A stretch of DNA of 64,000 nt from Ruminococcus sp. (GCA_017624895.1 JAGAMB010000064.1:11139-75138), one strand, 5' to 3'; counted from the stretch's first letter, positions 48,541 to 57,841 are shown. Program-made: numbers and translations. The notes: generated from the sequence alone by a model not told the origin.

Positions 48541-50691
48541 TTATGTTCCGTTAATAAGTTCAAATTCTTTCGCAAGTTCTTCAGAGGCCGCAGGAATTGC
48601 AAAGTCGGGGTTGTCAAGTATTGGCGCATATCCTGTACCATCCATATCAATACATTCGCCGTCACACATCCGGAATGTCAGGTATGGTGTGATTTCGCCT
48701 GTTTCAAGGTTATGTCTTGACTTGCTGAAATATATAAGTTCTCCCATACCGGTTACTTTGAATTCCAATATTTCGCTGTATTCTATGTTTTCTTCATTAT
48801 TTTCGCCAATATGATTGTACTCCAATTTAAAAGAATTACTGAACTGACCTATGATAAGTTCTTCATCCAGAACATTTATATAATCGTCATTCCTACTCAT
48901 TAAGGTGTATAATGCTTCCTGACAAAGCATATCGTAATCAATATTTATTGCGTCGTAGTTGTCATATCCTCCGCTTAACGTGTAATCCTCGCGTGAGAAC
49001 AGGCGGTAATCCTCAAAGTGTCTTTCCCAGCCGTAAAATCCCTTTGCAATAGAGTTTTCTCTTTCGATAAATGCCCAATATCTGCCCTGTTTGTACATCT
49101 CGCCGCTGTATCCGCTTTCTGCGTCGCTGAGAATATAATAATAATCGCCGTAGCAATCCTTTGTTGCATCGTTGGTTATATTCTTATAATACATCTTTCC
49201 TGTGCAGTTTACAGGCTTATTCTCTCCTGTTTCATCAAGGGGATCGTAATAAATGCTTATATCGCTTTCAAGAGTGGTGAAATCGTCTCCTCTTGTACAT
49301 AAGCTGTATGCTATTGTTGTATAGTTATCAGATATGACTGCGCTTTCATATGCTTGCTCTAACTCCGCTATATTCACGTTTTCAGCTCTGTATAACACTC
49401 CTTCACTGTGATCGTATAACTCACCCTTGTTGTTTACGGAAATGCTTGCTCCTCCCATACTGATTACGCCATAATTATAGCCTATCATTATAAAGTCGCT
49501 TCTCATATAGTCCAAATCCTCAGCAGGTACCCACTCATAGTTTGCAAGAAGTTTTATAAATTCTTCTCCGCCGACTTCGCCCACTTTGCCTATATCGTAG
49601 CTGCTGCTGAATTGTCCGCTGCCTGTATGATAGGATAGATTGCCGTTCTCTATGAAATCAGGATTATCAAGAAGGCTTTCGAGCTTTCCGTTTATTGTCA
49701 TATCTGTGGGCTGTGTGGTTGCTTCTGTAGGTTCCTCTGATTCAAAATCCACACCCATAAGTGCTGCTACATCATTCGCAAATTCAGGGGAACTATCATA
49801 GGACAGTACCTTTTCTTCATTATGAAGACCTTCATATCTGACATTTATAAGCCCCGTTTTATCAATAAGTATATTATAAGGACCTGCTGATAATCCTGTA
49901 TATATACAATATTCAGATGTGCTTTGTTCAGCATTTGGCTTGATTATATCCTTATTTGAATAGAAAAGCTGTGCTGCCTTCTGACTTAAAGGGTCGCTGT
50001 AGGTTTCAGGTTCACGATAAATAAATGTTGCAGCTACTATGTCCATTATTTCAAAATATGTTTCCTTACCATTGAAATAATATGCTTCTTCTCCCTCATA
50101 GAATAAATAAGAATGTCCATTGAAACCTATGCTGTAAACAAACTCCTCTGCCCCTGTACAGGTAATGTTGAATACATAAAGTACGCCCAATTCTTCTTCG
50201 GGAGTATTTTCATCATATTCTTCATAAATATCCTCTCTGTTGTTGCGGAAGTGAATATCTGTATCAGTTTTTTCCCATACGGCTTCTTTGAGTGTTTTAA
50301 TTATTTCGTCTGCTGCTTCATCGGGTATTGTTCCAATGTTTTCTGTAGGAAAATCATAATTATCTATGGATACTTCCAATTTATAATCTCCGGTTGTTAC
50401 ACCAATTTCCGCTTCTGTTGTTGCCGTTGTATCGCTAAGACTGCTGCCAGGTACATCAGGCACATTATTCATTGAATGTACAGCTATTCCGCCTATACCT
50501 GCCAATAATACAGCCGATGCCGCAATTCCTGCCCAGCGGTGATAATTTATCCTGCCTGCCCTTTCAACTGTACTTACGCTGTCGGCATATTCACCGCCGC
50601 TTTCCGATGTGAGCTGCTGCTCCATACGCTTTCTGAACTCCTCTGTACAGGAGATTTTGTCAATGTGCTTTTTGTAATCATCTTTTCTCAT
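48541..50691 (-). CDS. Putative anti-sigma factor with a large multi-domain extracellular region
   Basis: Directly after the sigma gene; short cytoplasmic N-terminus (YKKHIDKI), one TM, Thr-rich linkers, acidic ectodomain. Confidence 0.7.
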   Translation of the reverse strand: MRKDDYKKHIDKISCTEEFRKRMEQQLTSESGGEYADSVSTVERAGRINYHRWAGIAASAVLLAGIGGIAVHSMNNVPDVPGSSLSDTTATTEAEIGVTTGDYKLEVSIDNYDFPTENIGTIPDEAADEIIKTLKEAVWEKTDTDIHFRNNREDIYEEYDENTPEEELGVLYVFNITCTGAEEFVYSIGFNGHSYLFYEGEEAYYFNGKETYFEIMDIVAATFIYREPETYSDPLSQKAAQLFYSNKDIIKPNAEQSTSEYCIYTGLSAGPYNILIDKTGLINVRYEGLHNEEKVLSYDSSPEFANDVAALMGVDFESEEPTEATTQPTDMTINGKLESLLDNPDFIENGNLSYHTGSGQFSSSYDIGKVGEVGGEEFIKLLANYEWVPAEDLDYMRSDFIMIGYNYGVISMGGASISVNNKGELYDHSEGVLYRAENVNIAELEQAYESAVISDNYTTIAYSLCTRGDDFTTLESDISIYYDPLDETGENKPVNCTGKMYYKNITNDATKDCYGDYYYILSDAESGYSGEMYKQGRYWAFIERENSIAKGFYGWERHFEDYRLFSREDYTLSGGYDNYDAINIDYDMLCQEALYTLMSRNDDYINVLDEELIIGQFSNSFKLEYNHIGENNEENIEYSEILEFKVTGMGELIYFSKSRHNLETGEITPYLTFRMCDGECIDMDGTGYAPILDNPDFAIPAASEELAKEFELINGT

Positions 50692-50693
50692 AA

Positions 50694-51215
50694 TTATGTC
50701 CTCCTGACGCTGCCTCGTTTTGTCGGTTTATTTTCTTCTGAAAGCTCCATTCTGAGTTTTTCTCTGCCTCTTTGCAGGAGCGAATTTACAGTATTCGGAT
50801 TTTTCCCCAGTATTTCACCGATTTCCTTGATCTGATATCCCTCGTAGTAATAGAGATATATCACCGCGGAATATTTCGGCGGAAGTGAAAAAATAAGCTC
50901 CCTCACCTCAATATCTGTTGTATCCATACTGTACATACCTGAATTTTCTTCGTCAATTGGCTGTGTACGGCTTATTCTGAAGCTCCTTCTGTAGTTTTTG
51001 CATCTGTTTATTGTTACTCTTAACAGCCATGCTTTCATATGCTCATCATCTTCAAATTCAACGGGAGTTGCGTGGAGTTGAAGAAAAACGTCCTGTGCAA
51101 TATCTTCTGCCTCAGCATAGCAGCCACAGCAGGCATATGCTGCACGCAATACCATATCGCCGTATTTTCTGAAAGCATACAATGATATATTGCTGTTATC
51201 CAAATAAACCACCAT
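50694..51215 (-). CDS. ECF RNA polymerase sigma factor
   Basis: AEDIAQDVF, KAWLLRVTIN.CKN, LP.KY..VIYLYYYEGY.I.EI; start at ATG 51215 or TTG 51203. Confidence 0.94.
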   Translation of the reverse strand: MVVYLDNSNISLYAFRKYGDMVLRAAYACCGCYAEAEDIAQDVFLQLHATPVEFEDDEHMKAWLLRVTINRCKNYRRSFRISRTQPIDEENSGMYSMDTTDIEVRELIFSLPPKYSAVIYLYYYEGYQIKEIGEILGKNPNTVNSLLQRGREKLRMELSEENKPTKRGSVRRT

Positions 51216-51238
51216 CCTTTCTGTGTTTTTCGCTTCTA

Positions 51239-51272
51239 TATATAACACACCTGTTAAACACAAAAAAATGCA
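51239..51272 (-). promoter_or_regulatory. Putative autoregulatory ECF promoter 2
   Basis: TGCATTTTTT-14nt-GTGTTATATA upstream of the sigma gene. Confidence 0.45.
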
Positions 51273-51309
51273 GGAAATATATATTTTTTTATTTTAATTA
51301 ACCTTACTC

Positions 51310-51338
51310 TTGACATATGCCGCTTTTTATGGTATAAT
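51310..51338 (+). promoter_or_regulatory. Consensus sigma-A promoter of tRNA-Leu
   Basis: TTGACA-17nt-TATAAT with extended -10 TG. Confidence 0.9.
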
Positions 51339-51351
51339 TGTTAAGTGATGT

Positions 51352-51437
51352 GCCGAAGTGGCGGAATGGCAGACGCAGCAGACTCAAAATCTGCCGGGAG
51401 CAATCCCGTACGGGTTCAAGTCCCGTCTTCGGCACCA
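51352..51437 (+). tRNA. tRNA-Leu (anticodon CAA)
   Basis: Acceptor stem GCCGAAG/CTTCGGC, D-arm GGCGGAATGGCAGACGC, anticodon loop CTCAAAA, long variable arm, GGTTCAAGTCC, encoded CCA. Confidence 0.97.
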
Positions 51438-51444
51438 TATTTTA

Positions 51445-51525
51445 ACCCCGATTTTTCGGGGTATTTTTATTATAACATAAAATAAGGCTTATGTCACTAT
51501 TTTTCTGTGACATAAGCCGTTTTTT
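51445..51525. terminator. Two hairpins terminating tRNA-Leu and the convergent dockerin gene
   Basis: ACCCCGA-TTTT-TCGGGGT plus ATTTTT; GGCTTATGTCAC-9nt-GTGACATAAGCC plus GTTTTTT. Confidence 0.75.
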
Positions 51526-51549
51526 AATTATTTAACGTGATACAACCGT

Positions 51550-52251
51550 TTATTTGCCTGTTGATAATTCTGCATATTTTTCAAGAATTGCGGAAGAATC
51601 GGCGGAATTGATTATTCCGTCATTGTTGTAGTCAAACTGTGTCATATTTAAAGTAAGCTTTTTTCCTGTAGATGAATATGCATATGCAAGAAGTACATTT
51701 GAAGCATCGGAAGAAGTAATACTTCCGTCGCCGTCTGTATCCCCTGCTGTAATCTCAGGATAAATATATTGTGCAACGTCATATGGCATATCCAATGAAG
51801 CCTCAACAATAGACTCCGCCGGTGAAGCAAATCCCGGAAGAACATTTTCAACATAGCATACTGCGTCAAAGCTGAAATCTGCTGCACCATTTCCGTTAGT
51901 TGCAGGAGTTATCTGCATTTCCACTCCACTATAAAATGCCGCAACTTTTGCACAAGAATAATCTTCAAAATTGCATTTCATTCCCTCGTCAGATACGCTG
52001 ATATTCGGTGTATAGTATTCCTGCTTTATGCCATAGACTATGAGTTGATAGCCGCCGTCTTCAGTTTCAATTGCATCATACTTTAAATCCTTGCCGTAGA
52101 TAACTCCGCCGTCAGAAAAATCTTCGGTTTCTGATACAACAAGGTCGAGAAATTTTTCTTTTGTCAGCTTGTCCTCTGCATTTGCTGTTATTGCAGTTAA
52201 TGATGCTGTAAGAAGTGCTGCTGAAATTATACTGCTTATAAATTTTTTCAT
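51550..52251 (-). CDS. Secreted dockerin-containing protein with an unknown N-terminal domain
   Basis: Signal peptide ending ANA; GDTDGDGSITSSDAS and DYNNDGIINSADSS repeats. Confidence 0.9.
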   Translation of the reverse strand: MKKFISSIISAALLTASLTAITANAEDKLTKEKFLDLVVSETEDFSDGGVIYGKDLKYDAIETEDGGYQLIVYGIKQEYYTPNISVSDEGMKCNFEDYSCAKVAAFYSGVEMQITPATNGNGAADFSFDAVCYVENVLPGFASPAESIVEASLDMPYDVAQYIYPEITAGDTDGDGSITSSDASNVLLAYAYSSTGKKLTLNMTQFDYNNDGIINSADSSAILEKYAELSTGK

Positions 52252-52305
52252 GATAATTCCTCCTTAATGTCTGTGTCGTTTGGGTTATTGTCTTTTGACA
52301 GTTTC

Positions 52306-52334
52306 ATTATACACTATTTCAAAAAAATTGTCAA
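52306..52334 (-). promoter_or_regulatory. Consensus sigma-A promoter of the dockerin gene
   Basis: TTGACA-17nt-TATAAT. Confidence 0.8.
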
Positions 52335-52398
52335 CAGTTTTGCGCAAATGTCGTTACATGCGTCTATATAATTTTTATATATCATTTTTCAATAATTA

Positions 52399-52419
52399 AG
52401 GGCGAACATCGCTCGCCCT
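52399..52419 (-). terminator. Hairpin at the end of the polyamine operon
   Basis: AGGGCGA-7nt-TCGCCCT followed by TAATTATT on the minus strand. Confidence 0.5.
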
Positions 52420-52425
52420 CTGTTC

Positions 52426-53232
52426 TTATTTATAAAATCTTCTGAAATTCTCAGCAAGTATCATTCTGTTTTCTTCCTCTGTAAATCCAAGAGAGAGAAA
52501 GCGTTCAAGCTCCTCCATATGGCTCCACATAGGAAAATCGCAGCCAAAAAAGCAATTCTCAACGCCGAATTTGTATATTCTCTCCGCCGCCTTTTCCGCA
52601 GACATAAATCCGAGAGAACTGCATATATCTACCCTGAGATTTTCAAAGCCGGTGAGCATTTCCTGTGCCTCATCCCAACGGCAATATCCGCCGAGATGTG
52701 CCGCCTGCAATTTGAGCTTAGGGAAGTTTTCGCAGATTTTGCGTATTTTTGACGGTGCAGAATAATCATACCGCGGATCGCCGCAATGAATAAGCAGAGG
52801 CAGTTCCCCCTCGATAATCTCGTATATTTTAAATGCCTCAGGTGAATCCGCGTCAAATGCCTGAAAATCAGGGTGAAGCTTTACGCCGTGAAGTCCCAGC
52901 TCCTTAATTTGTGCAATATCCCCCTCAATATCCTCTGACTCAGGGTGAGTTGTTCCAAAGCCGAAAAACTGCTGATGTTTTCCACATTCCTCTGCTATGA
53001 AGCTGTTGATAGCACGTATCTGATGGGGAATTGTAGCCGTAGAGCATACCAGATATTCCGATACTCCAATAGTATCGCCGCCCTCAATAAGCTTTTGACT
53101 GATACCGCAGCTATCCATTGGCAAATCGTAGAACTTTCCCACGTTAACTGTAGCTTTTTCCGCTATTTTATCAGGAAAAATATGGGCGTGAGCGTCAATT
53201 ATATCATACTTTTCAAAAATTTCACTATTCAT
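52426..53232 (-). CDS. Amidohydrolase family (TIM-barrel metallohydrolase)
   Basis: IIDAHAH, GVKLHP, IH.GD, AHLGG, FG.DFP. Confidence 0.9.
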   Translation of the reverse strand: MNSEIFEKYDIIDAHAHIFPDKIAEKATVNVGKFYDLPMDSCGISQKLIEGGDTIGVSEYLVCSTATIPHQIRAINSFIAEECGKHQQFFGFGTTHPESEDIEGDIAQIKELGLHGVKLHPDFQAFDADSPEAFKIYEIIEGELPLLIHCGDPRYDYSAPSKIRKICENFPKLKLQAAHLGGYCRWDEAQEMLTGFENLRVDICSSLGFMSAEKAAERIYKFGVENCFFGCDFPMWSHMEELERFLSLGFTEEENRMILAENFRRFYK

Positions 53233-53244
53233 TTTCTATCCTTC

Positions 53245-53820
53245 TTATCCGTTATATACCTTTTCAATTATGAGAAGCTCCTCTTTCTCAATCATTTTAT
53301 TTCCCTCAAAGCCACATCTTACTACATAAGGAAGAAAGTCGATGATACGCAGAAATCCCTCCAGTCCAAAGGAATTGTCATAATAATTCAAAATTGTGCT
53401 TAACGCAGTACCATGTGTACCAAGGATTATATTCTCATCCTTATGCTCGGCAAGAAGCTCGTTTATTACGTCAATATTTCTTTTCTGCAGATCATTCAGA
53501 CATTCACCGTCAGCCTCGCAGTAGCTCATATCTGTCCAGCGCTTTTTGAACATCTCCATATTATTGCTGCCATTGCCTTTTTTACGTTCACAAAGACGCT
53601 CATCAGTATATATCTTCAATCCGTGTTCTTCAGCTGTTGCCTTTATGGTGTTGTAGCTGCGGACATAGGGACTCGAAATGGCGTGATCAAGCTTTATATC
53701 GCGGAATACTTTTACAACCTCTGCGCAGTCACGCTCCCCCTCGTCTGTAAGGGGACGGGTTGCTGTATCTGAATGGGAGTACAGCGGCTGTGCATGTCTG
53801 ACAAAATAAATATTAGTCAT
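53245..53820 (-). CDS. Histidine phosphatase family protein
   Basis: RHA, SSPY.R..T, L.E, THG. Confidence 0.9.
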   Translation of the reverse strand: MTNIYFVRHAQPLYSHSDTATRPLTDEGERDCAEVVKVFRDIKLDHAISSPYVRSYNTIKATAEEHGLKIYTDERLCERKKGNGSNNMEMFKKRWTDMSYCEADGECLNDLQKRNIDVINELLAEHKDENIILGTHGTALSTILNYYDNSFGLEGFLRIIDFLPYVVRCGFEGNKMIEKEELLIIEKVYNG

Positions 53821-54968
53821 TATAATCTCTCCTTAAAGTCATCGTAGCCGAACCGACGTAGAATTTCCATTGTCCCATCGGATTTTTTAAGATATATTGT
53901 CGGCAGCGGCATACCATTAAAGGTATTGTTTTTCACCATAGAGTATATCGCCATATCGCAGAATATCAGTCTGTCACCGATTTTCAGCTCCTTGTCAAAG
54001 GAATATTCCCCGATTGAGTCCCCTGCAAGGCAGGTCTGTGAACCAAGACGATAGGTAAATGACTTCTCCCCTGCCTCTCCCGAATTCATAAGCGGCGGAC
54101 GATAAGGCATTTCAAGAACATCAGGCATATGACAAGCCGCAGATGTATCAAGAATAGCAATTGGCATATCATTTTCCGTAAGATCAAGAACTTCAGTTAC
54201 AAGATAGCCTGCATTGAGAGCAAATGCCTCACCGGGTTCAAGAAATACCTCAAGTCCGTATTTGCTTTTCATCCTGCTGATACATTCTTCAAGGAGAGGA
54301 ATATCATAATCTTCACGAGTAATATGATGTCCTCCGCCAAAGTTTATCCACTCCATTTTCGGCAGAATATCGCCAAACTTTTCCTCAACTGCATCAATTG
54401 TGCGTTTAAGATCATCTGAATTCTGCTCGCAGAGAGTATGAAAATGAAGCCCTGTTACGCCCTCTAAATCATCAATGCGAAAATTTTTTCTTGTTATGCC
54501 CAGTCTTGATTTCGGAGAGCAGGGATCGTATATCTCATGTCCCTCCTGTGTAGAAAATTCGGGATTTATCCGCAGTCCTATCTTCTTTCCTGCTTTAAGC
54601 ACACGGTCACGGTATCTGTCAAGCTGTGAAAATGAATTAAATATGATGTGTCCGCAGTATGAGATTATATCATCAATTTCGTTTTCGCGATAAGCCGCGG
54701 AAAAAACGTGGTTTTCTCCGCCCATTTCCTCATATCCCAGACGCGCCTCAAATAAACCGCTTGCAGCAGTTCCTGAAACGTATTTTTTTATAAGGGGATA
54801 TACATGATAGCAGGAAAAGGCTTTCTGCGCAAGAAGTATCTTCGCACCTGTACGTTTTTCCACTCCCTGTAGTATTTCAAGGTTGTGTATGAGTTTTTCC
54901 TCGTCAATAACGTAACACGGCGTAGAAAGCTTTTTAAATCCATTGATATTATTCATTTCATTCTCCAA
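53820..54968 (-). CDS. nspC: Carboxy(nor)spermidine decarboxylase
   Basis: LLAQK, ASGLFEA, YDPC...[41 protein letters not shown]. Confidence 0.96.
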   Translation of the reverse strand: MENEMNNINGFKKLSTPCYVIDEEKLIHNLEILQGVEKRTGAKILLAQKAFSCYHVYPLIKKYVSGTAASGLFEARLGYEEMGGENHVFSAAYRENEIDDIISYCGHIIFNSFSQLDRYRDRVLKAGKKIGLRINPEFSTQEGHEIYDPCSPKSRLGITRKNFRIDDLEGVTGLHFHTLCEQNSDDLKRTIDAVEEKFGDILPKMEWINFGGGHHITREDYDIPLLEECISRMKSKYGLEVFLEPGEAFALNAGYLVTEVLDLTENDMPIAILDTSAACHMPDVLEMPYRPPLMNSGEAGEKSFTYRLGSQTCLAGDSIGEYSFDKELKIGDRLIFCDMAIYSMVKNNTFNGMPLPTIYLKKSDGTMEILRRFGYDDFKERL

Positions 54969-55575
54969 GAAATTCGTTCATTGTTACCTGAACTCTGGGA
55001 TTTCCGTTCTCGTCATCCTCAATCATGATAGCATTCTTGATTGTAATAGGGCTGTTTGGTGAGGAAATATCACCATCTCCGCCGAGTGAACGAGGAACTT
55101 TAAGGAAATCGTCAACAACCTCCATACCATCTGTAACTTCACCGAAAGCAGCGTAATTGCCGTCAAGGAATGCGCAGGAATCATCGTAGCAAATGAAGAA
55201 CTGGCTTGACGCACTATCAGGCATCTGACTTCTTGCCATTGAAACTATACCTCTCTTGTGAGAAAGATTGTTTTCAACGCCGTTTGAAGCGAACTCACCT
55301 TTGATAGTATCATCGCTTCCACCCATGCCTGTGCCCTGAGGATCACCGCCCTGAGCCATAAATCCTTCAACTACACGGTGGAATGTAAGTCCGTCATAGA
55401 AGCCATCGCTTACGAGCTTCTCAAAATTTTCGCAGGTAATGGGGGCATATTCCGGATAGAGTGTAATAATGAACTCTCCGCCGTCTGATGATTTTGTTTC
55501 GCTTGTGCTTATATCTTTTCCGCATCCTGTGAAGATAAAGAGGGCGGAAAATGCAGCTGCTAATACCTTTTTCAT
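54958..55575 (-). CDS. Cyclophilin-type peptidyl-prolyl isomerase lipoprotein
   Basis: Lipobox FTGC, FHRVV.GFM.QGGDP, SMAR, SQFFI, YAAFG.V..GM. Confidence 0.94.
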   Translation of the reverse strand: MKKVLAAAFSALFIFTGCGKDISTSETKSSDGGEFIITLYPEYAPITCENFEKLVSDGFYDGLTFHRVVEGFMAQGGDPQGTGMGGSDDTIKGEFASNGVENNLSHKRGIVSMARSQMPDSASSQFFICYDDSCAFLDGNYAAFGEVTDGMEVVDDFLKVPRSLGGDGDISSPNSPITIKNAIMIEDDENGNPRVQVTMNEFLGE

Positions 55576-55619
55576 TACAAATTACTCCTTTTTTTATTGT
55601 ATATGCAATGTTGCCTTTT

Positions 55620-55834
55620 AGACAACACCGCACAAAGACGGACAACGATGACATACGGCATTAATGCCATTAGATTTGTCTATACTGTTGTTTCAGGGAT
55701 TGGTATCAATACATCAGGGAGTCTGCAAAGACTCCCTGTTTGCTGATAAAGACAACACCGCACAAAACATACCTGAGAGCTTTACACGAACTCTGTTTGC
55801 ATATTTTCTGCACAAGCTTTGTGCGGTATTGCCT
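55620..55834. repeat. Mosaic cluster of palindromic elements (family B end + family A half + hairpin + short family B copy)
   Basis: AGACAACACCGCACAAA at 55620 and 55750; 55643-55706 matches 37561-37622; hairpin 55715-55738; inverted end TTTGTGCGGTATTGCCT 55818-55834. Confidence 0.85.
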
Positions 55835-55840
55835 AATTTT

Positions 55841-56323
55841 TTAATTGTTATTGCTGTTCATAAAGTCAACATACTGCTTCTTGTCGATTGTTACAGACGC
55901 ACGAACTCTTACAATATTTCTTGTATTGACAATATCCTCGTCAAAATAGTAATCACTGCCTGCAGAACGGGCATTGCAGATCTTTACCCAGCCGTCCTCA
56001 ACGATTTCAAGCTTTCCTGCAACGTATTCATGGTCAGACATATAAATACGTATCTGCTTACCCAGGAACGTTCTGAGTGTATCCTCAATTTTCAATCCCG
56101 TCTTTCCTGTAGGTGCAGCAGGTACGATCTCCTCCGGAACTTGTTCTGCCGCCTCCTCAACAGGTGCAGAAACATCGACAGGCTGAGTAACAGACGGAAA
56201 TTCTTCCATCTTCACGCCTTGACTTTGCGGCATCTGATTTACCTCTGCCGGTGCAGGCTGTGAAAGCTCGCCTTCTGAAAGCGGAACTACAGGCTTCACG
56301 ATCTTATTGAATTTGATTTGCAT
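55841..56323 (-). CDS. Hypothetical protein: Pro/Glu-rich N-terminus plus Sm-like C-terminal domain
   Basis: SD GGAG 9 nt before ATG 56323; C-terminus L..FLGK.I.I...G.L..V..G.VKI...IVN...I..V. Confidence 0.7.
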   Translation of the reverse strand: MQIKFNKIVKPVVPLSEGELSQPAPAEVNQMPQSQGVKMEEFPSVTQPVDVSAPVEEAAEQVPEEIVPAAPTGKTGLKIEDTLRTFLGKQIRIYMSDHEYVAGKLEIVEDGWVKICNARSAGSDYYFDEDIVNTRNIVRVRASVTIDKKQYVDFMNSNNN

Positions 56324-56392
56324 AAATTTCAACTCCTTTATTATTGAAAGATTACTTTTATTTTAACACATTATAATAATGTGTTGATTATA

Positions 56393-56575
56393 TTATTCAT
56401 TTTCAAAAGAAACTGACTCAATATAAGTAAGATTTACAAGACATTCAGAAATGCCGTCGTTTATCTTAACATATCCCTCACCGACCTCTGTGAGAATACC
56501 ATCATATTCATCGTCACGCGTGGTAATCGTACATTCGCAGTCAAGATAATTTTTAAGTGCCTCATTCAGCGTCAT
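56393..56575 (-). CDS. Small acidic Sm-like hypothetical protein
   Basis: SD GAGGTG before ATG 56575; same pattern as the C-terminus of the neighbouring gene. Confidence 0.7.
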   Translation of the reverse strand: MTLNEALKNYLDCECTITTRDDEYDGILTEVGEGYVKINDGISECLVNLTYIESVSFENE

Positions 56576-56587
56576 AACTATCACCTC

Positions 56588-57790
56588 TTAGTCAACAAGT
56601 ACCGGATTGTAGTCCTCCTCCCAAGGAAGTCCCCATTTGTTGAGAGCCTCCATAAAGGGATCAGGATCAAATTCCTCAATATTGTATACGCCAGCCTTGT
56701 TCCACTTGCCTGTCATAATCATCATAGCGCCAATCATTGCAGGTACGCCTGTTGTGTAGGAAATCGCCTGTGAGCCAACCTCCTTATAGCACTCCTGATG
56801 GTCGCAGATGTTATAAAGGTAGTAATTCTTGTCCTTACCGTCCTTCTTTCCGCGGAAGATACAGCCGATATTTGTCTTGCCGACTGTTCTCGGACCGAGA
56901 GATGCAGGATCAGGAAGAACTGCTTTAAGGAACTGGAGGGGAACAATTTCCTTACCCTCGTACATTATAGGCTCAATTGATGTCATACCAACGTTTTCAA
57001 GGCATTTCAGATGTGTGAGATAGCTCTGACCGAATGTCATAAAGAAGCGTATACGCTTTATTCCCTTGATATTCAGCGCAAGTGACTCCAGCTCCTCGTG
57101 ATGGAGAAGATACATATCCTTTTCACCAACGCCCTTGAAGTTGTATACACGTTTGATCTCCATAGGCTCTGTTTCGATCCACTTGCCATCCTCAATATAG
57201 CTGCCCTTTGCGGATACCTCGCGGATATTGATTTCAGGATTGAAGTTTGTTGCAAATGGATAACCGTGATCGCCGCCGTTGCAGTCGAGAATGTCAATAT
57301 AATTTATTTCATCAAACTCGTGTTTCATAGCATATGCGGAGAATACTCCTGTTACGCCGGGGTCGAAGCCGCTGCCGAGAAGTGCTGTGATACCAGCCTT
57401 TTCAAAGCGCTCACGATATGCCCACTGCCACTTGTACTCGAATTTAGCTGTATCAAGAGGCTCATAATTTGCTGTATCAACATAATGTGTCTTTGTAGCA
57501 AGGCAAGCGTCCATAATTGTAAGATCCTGATAAGGAAGTGCAAGATTAAGCACTACATCAGGCTTGTATGCCTCGATGAGAGCAATAAGCTCGTCAACAT
57601 TATCAGCGTTGACCTGCGCTGTTTCGATTACTGTCTTTGTTGTGGGCTGAAGCTTTTCTTTGAGAGCGTCGCACTTTGACTTTGTGCGGCTTGCTATCAT
57701 AATTCCCTCAAAAACCTCGCTGTTCTGACAGCACTTGTGAATTGCTACAGATGCTACGCCTCCGCAGCCGATTATCATACATTTTCCCAT
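56588..57790 (-). CDS. Carboxy(nor)spermidine dehydrogenase (saccharopine dehydrogenase family)
   Basis: IIGCGGVA, ALPYQDL, DTANYE, GFDPG, FATNFNPEIN, HEELESL; clustered with nspC. Confidence 0.95.
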   Translation of the reverse strand: MGKCMIIGCGGVASVAIHKCCQNSEVFEGIMIASRTKSKCDALKEKLQPTTKTVIETAQVNADNVDELIALIEAYKPDVVLNLALPYQDLTIMDACLATKTHYVDTANYEPLDTAKFEYKWQWAYRERFEKAGITALLGSGFDPGVTGVFSAYAMKHEFDEINYIDILDCNGGDHGYPFATNFNPEINIREVSAKGSYIEDGKWIETEPMEIKRVYNFKGVGEKDMYLLHHEELESLALNIKGIKRIRFFMTFGQSYLTHLKCLENVGMTSIEPIMYEGKEIVPLQFLKAVLPDPASLGPRTVGKTNIGCIFRGKKDGKDKNYYLYNICDHQECYKEVGSQAISYTTGVPAMIGAMMIMTGKWNKAGVYNIEEFDPDPFMEALNKWGLPWEEDYNPVLVD

Positions 57791-57841
57791 TGTTTTCCTC
57801 CTGAATATAATTTATTATAGAGTTTTAAACCATTAATATTG

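Noticed and set aside
46525-52251. Genomic island or prophage integrated at tRNA-Leu
   Set aside because: No integrase or phage genes, and no duplicate of the tRNA 3' end seen in the window
55620-55834. CRISPR array or integron attC cassette sites
   Set aside because: Only two 17-bp direct repeats 130 bp apart, no regular spacers, no cas or integrase; other passenger genes lack such sites
55664-56263. 199-aa plus-strand ORF
   Set aside because: Starts inside the repeat cluster and runs antisense to a gene with a good SD
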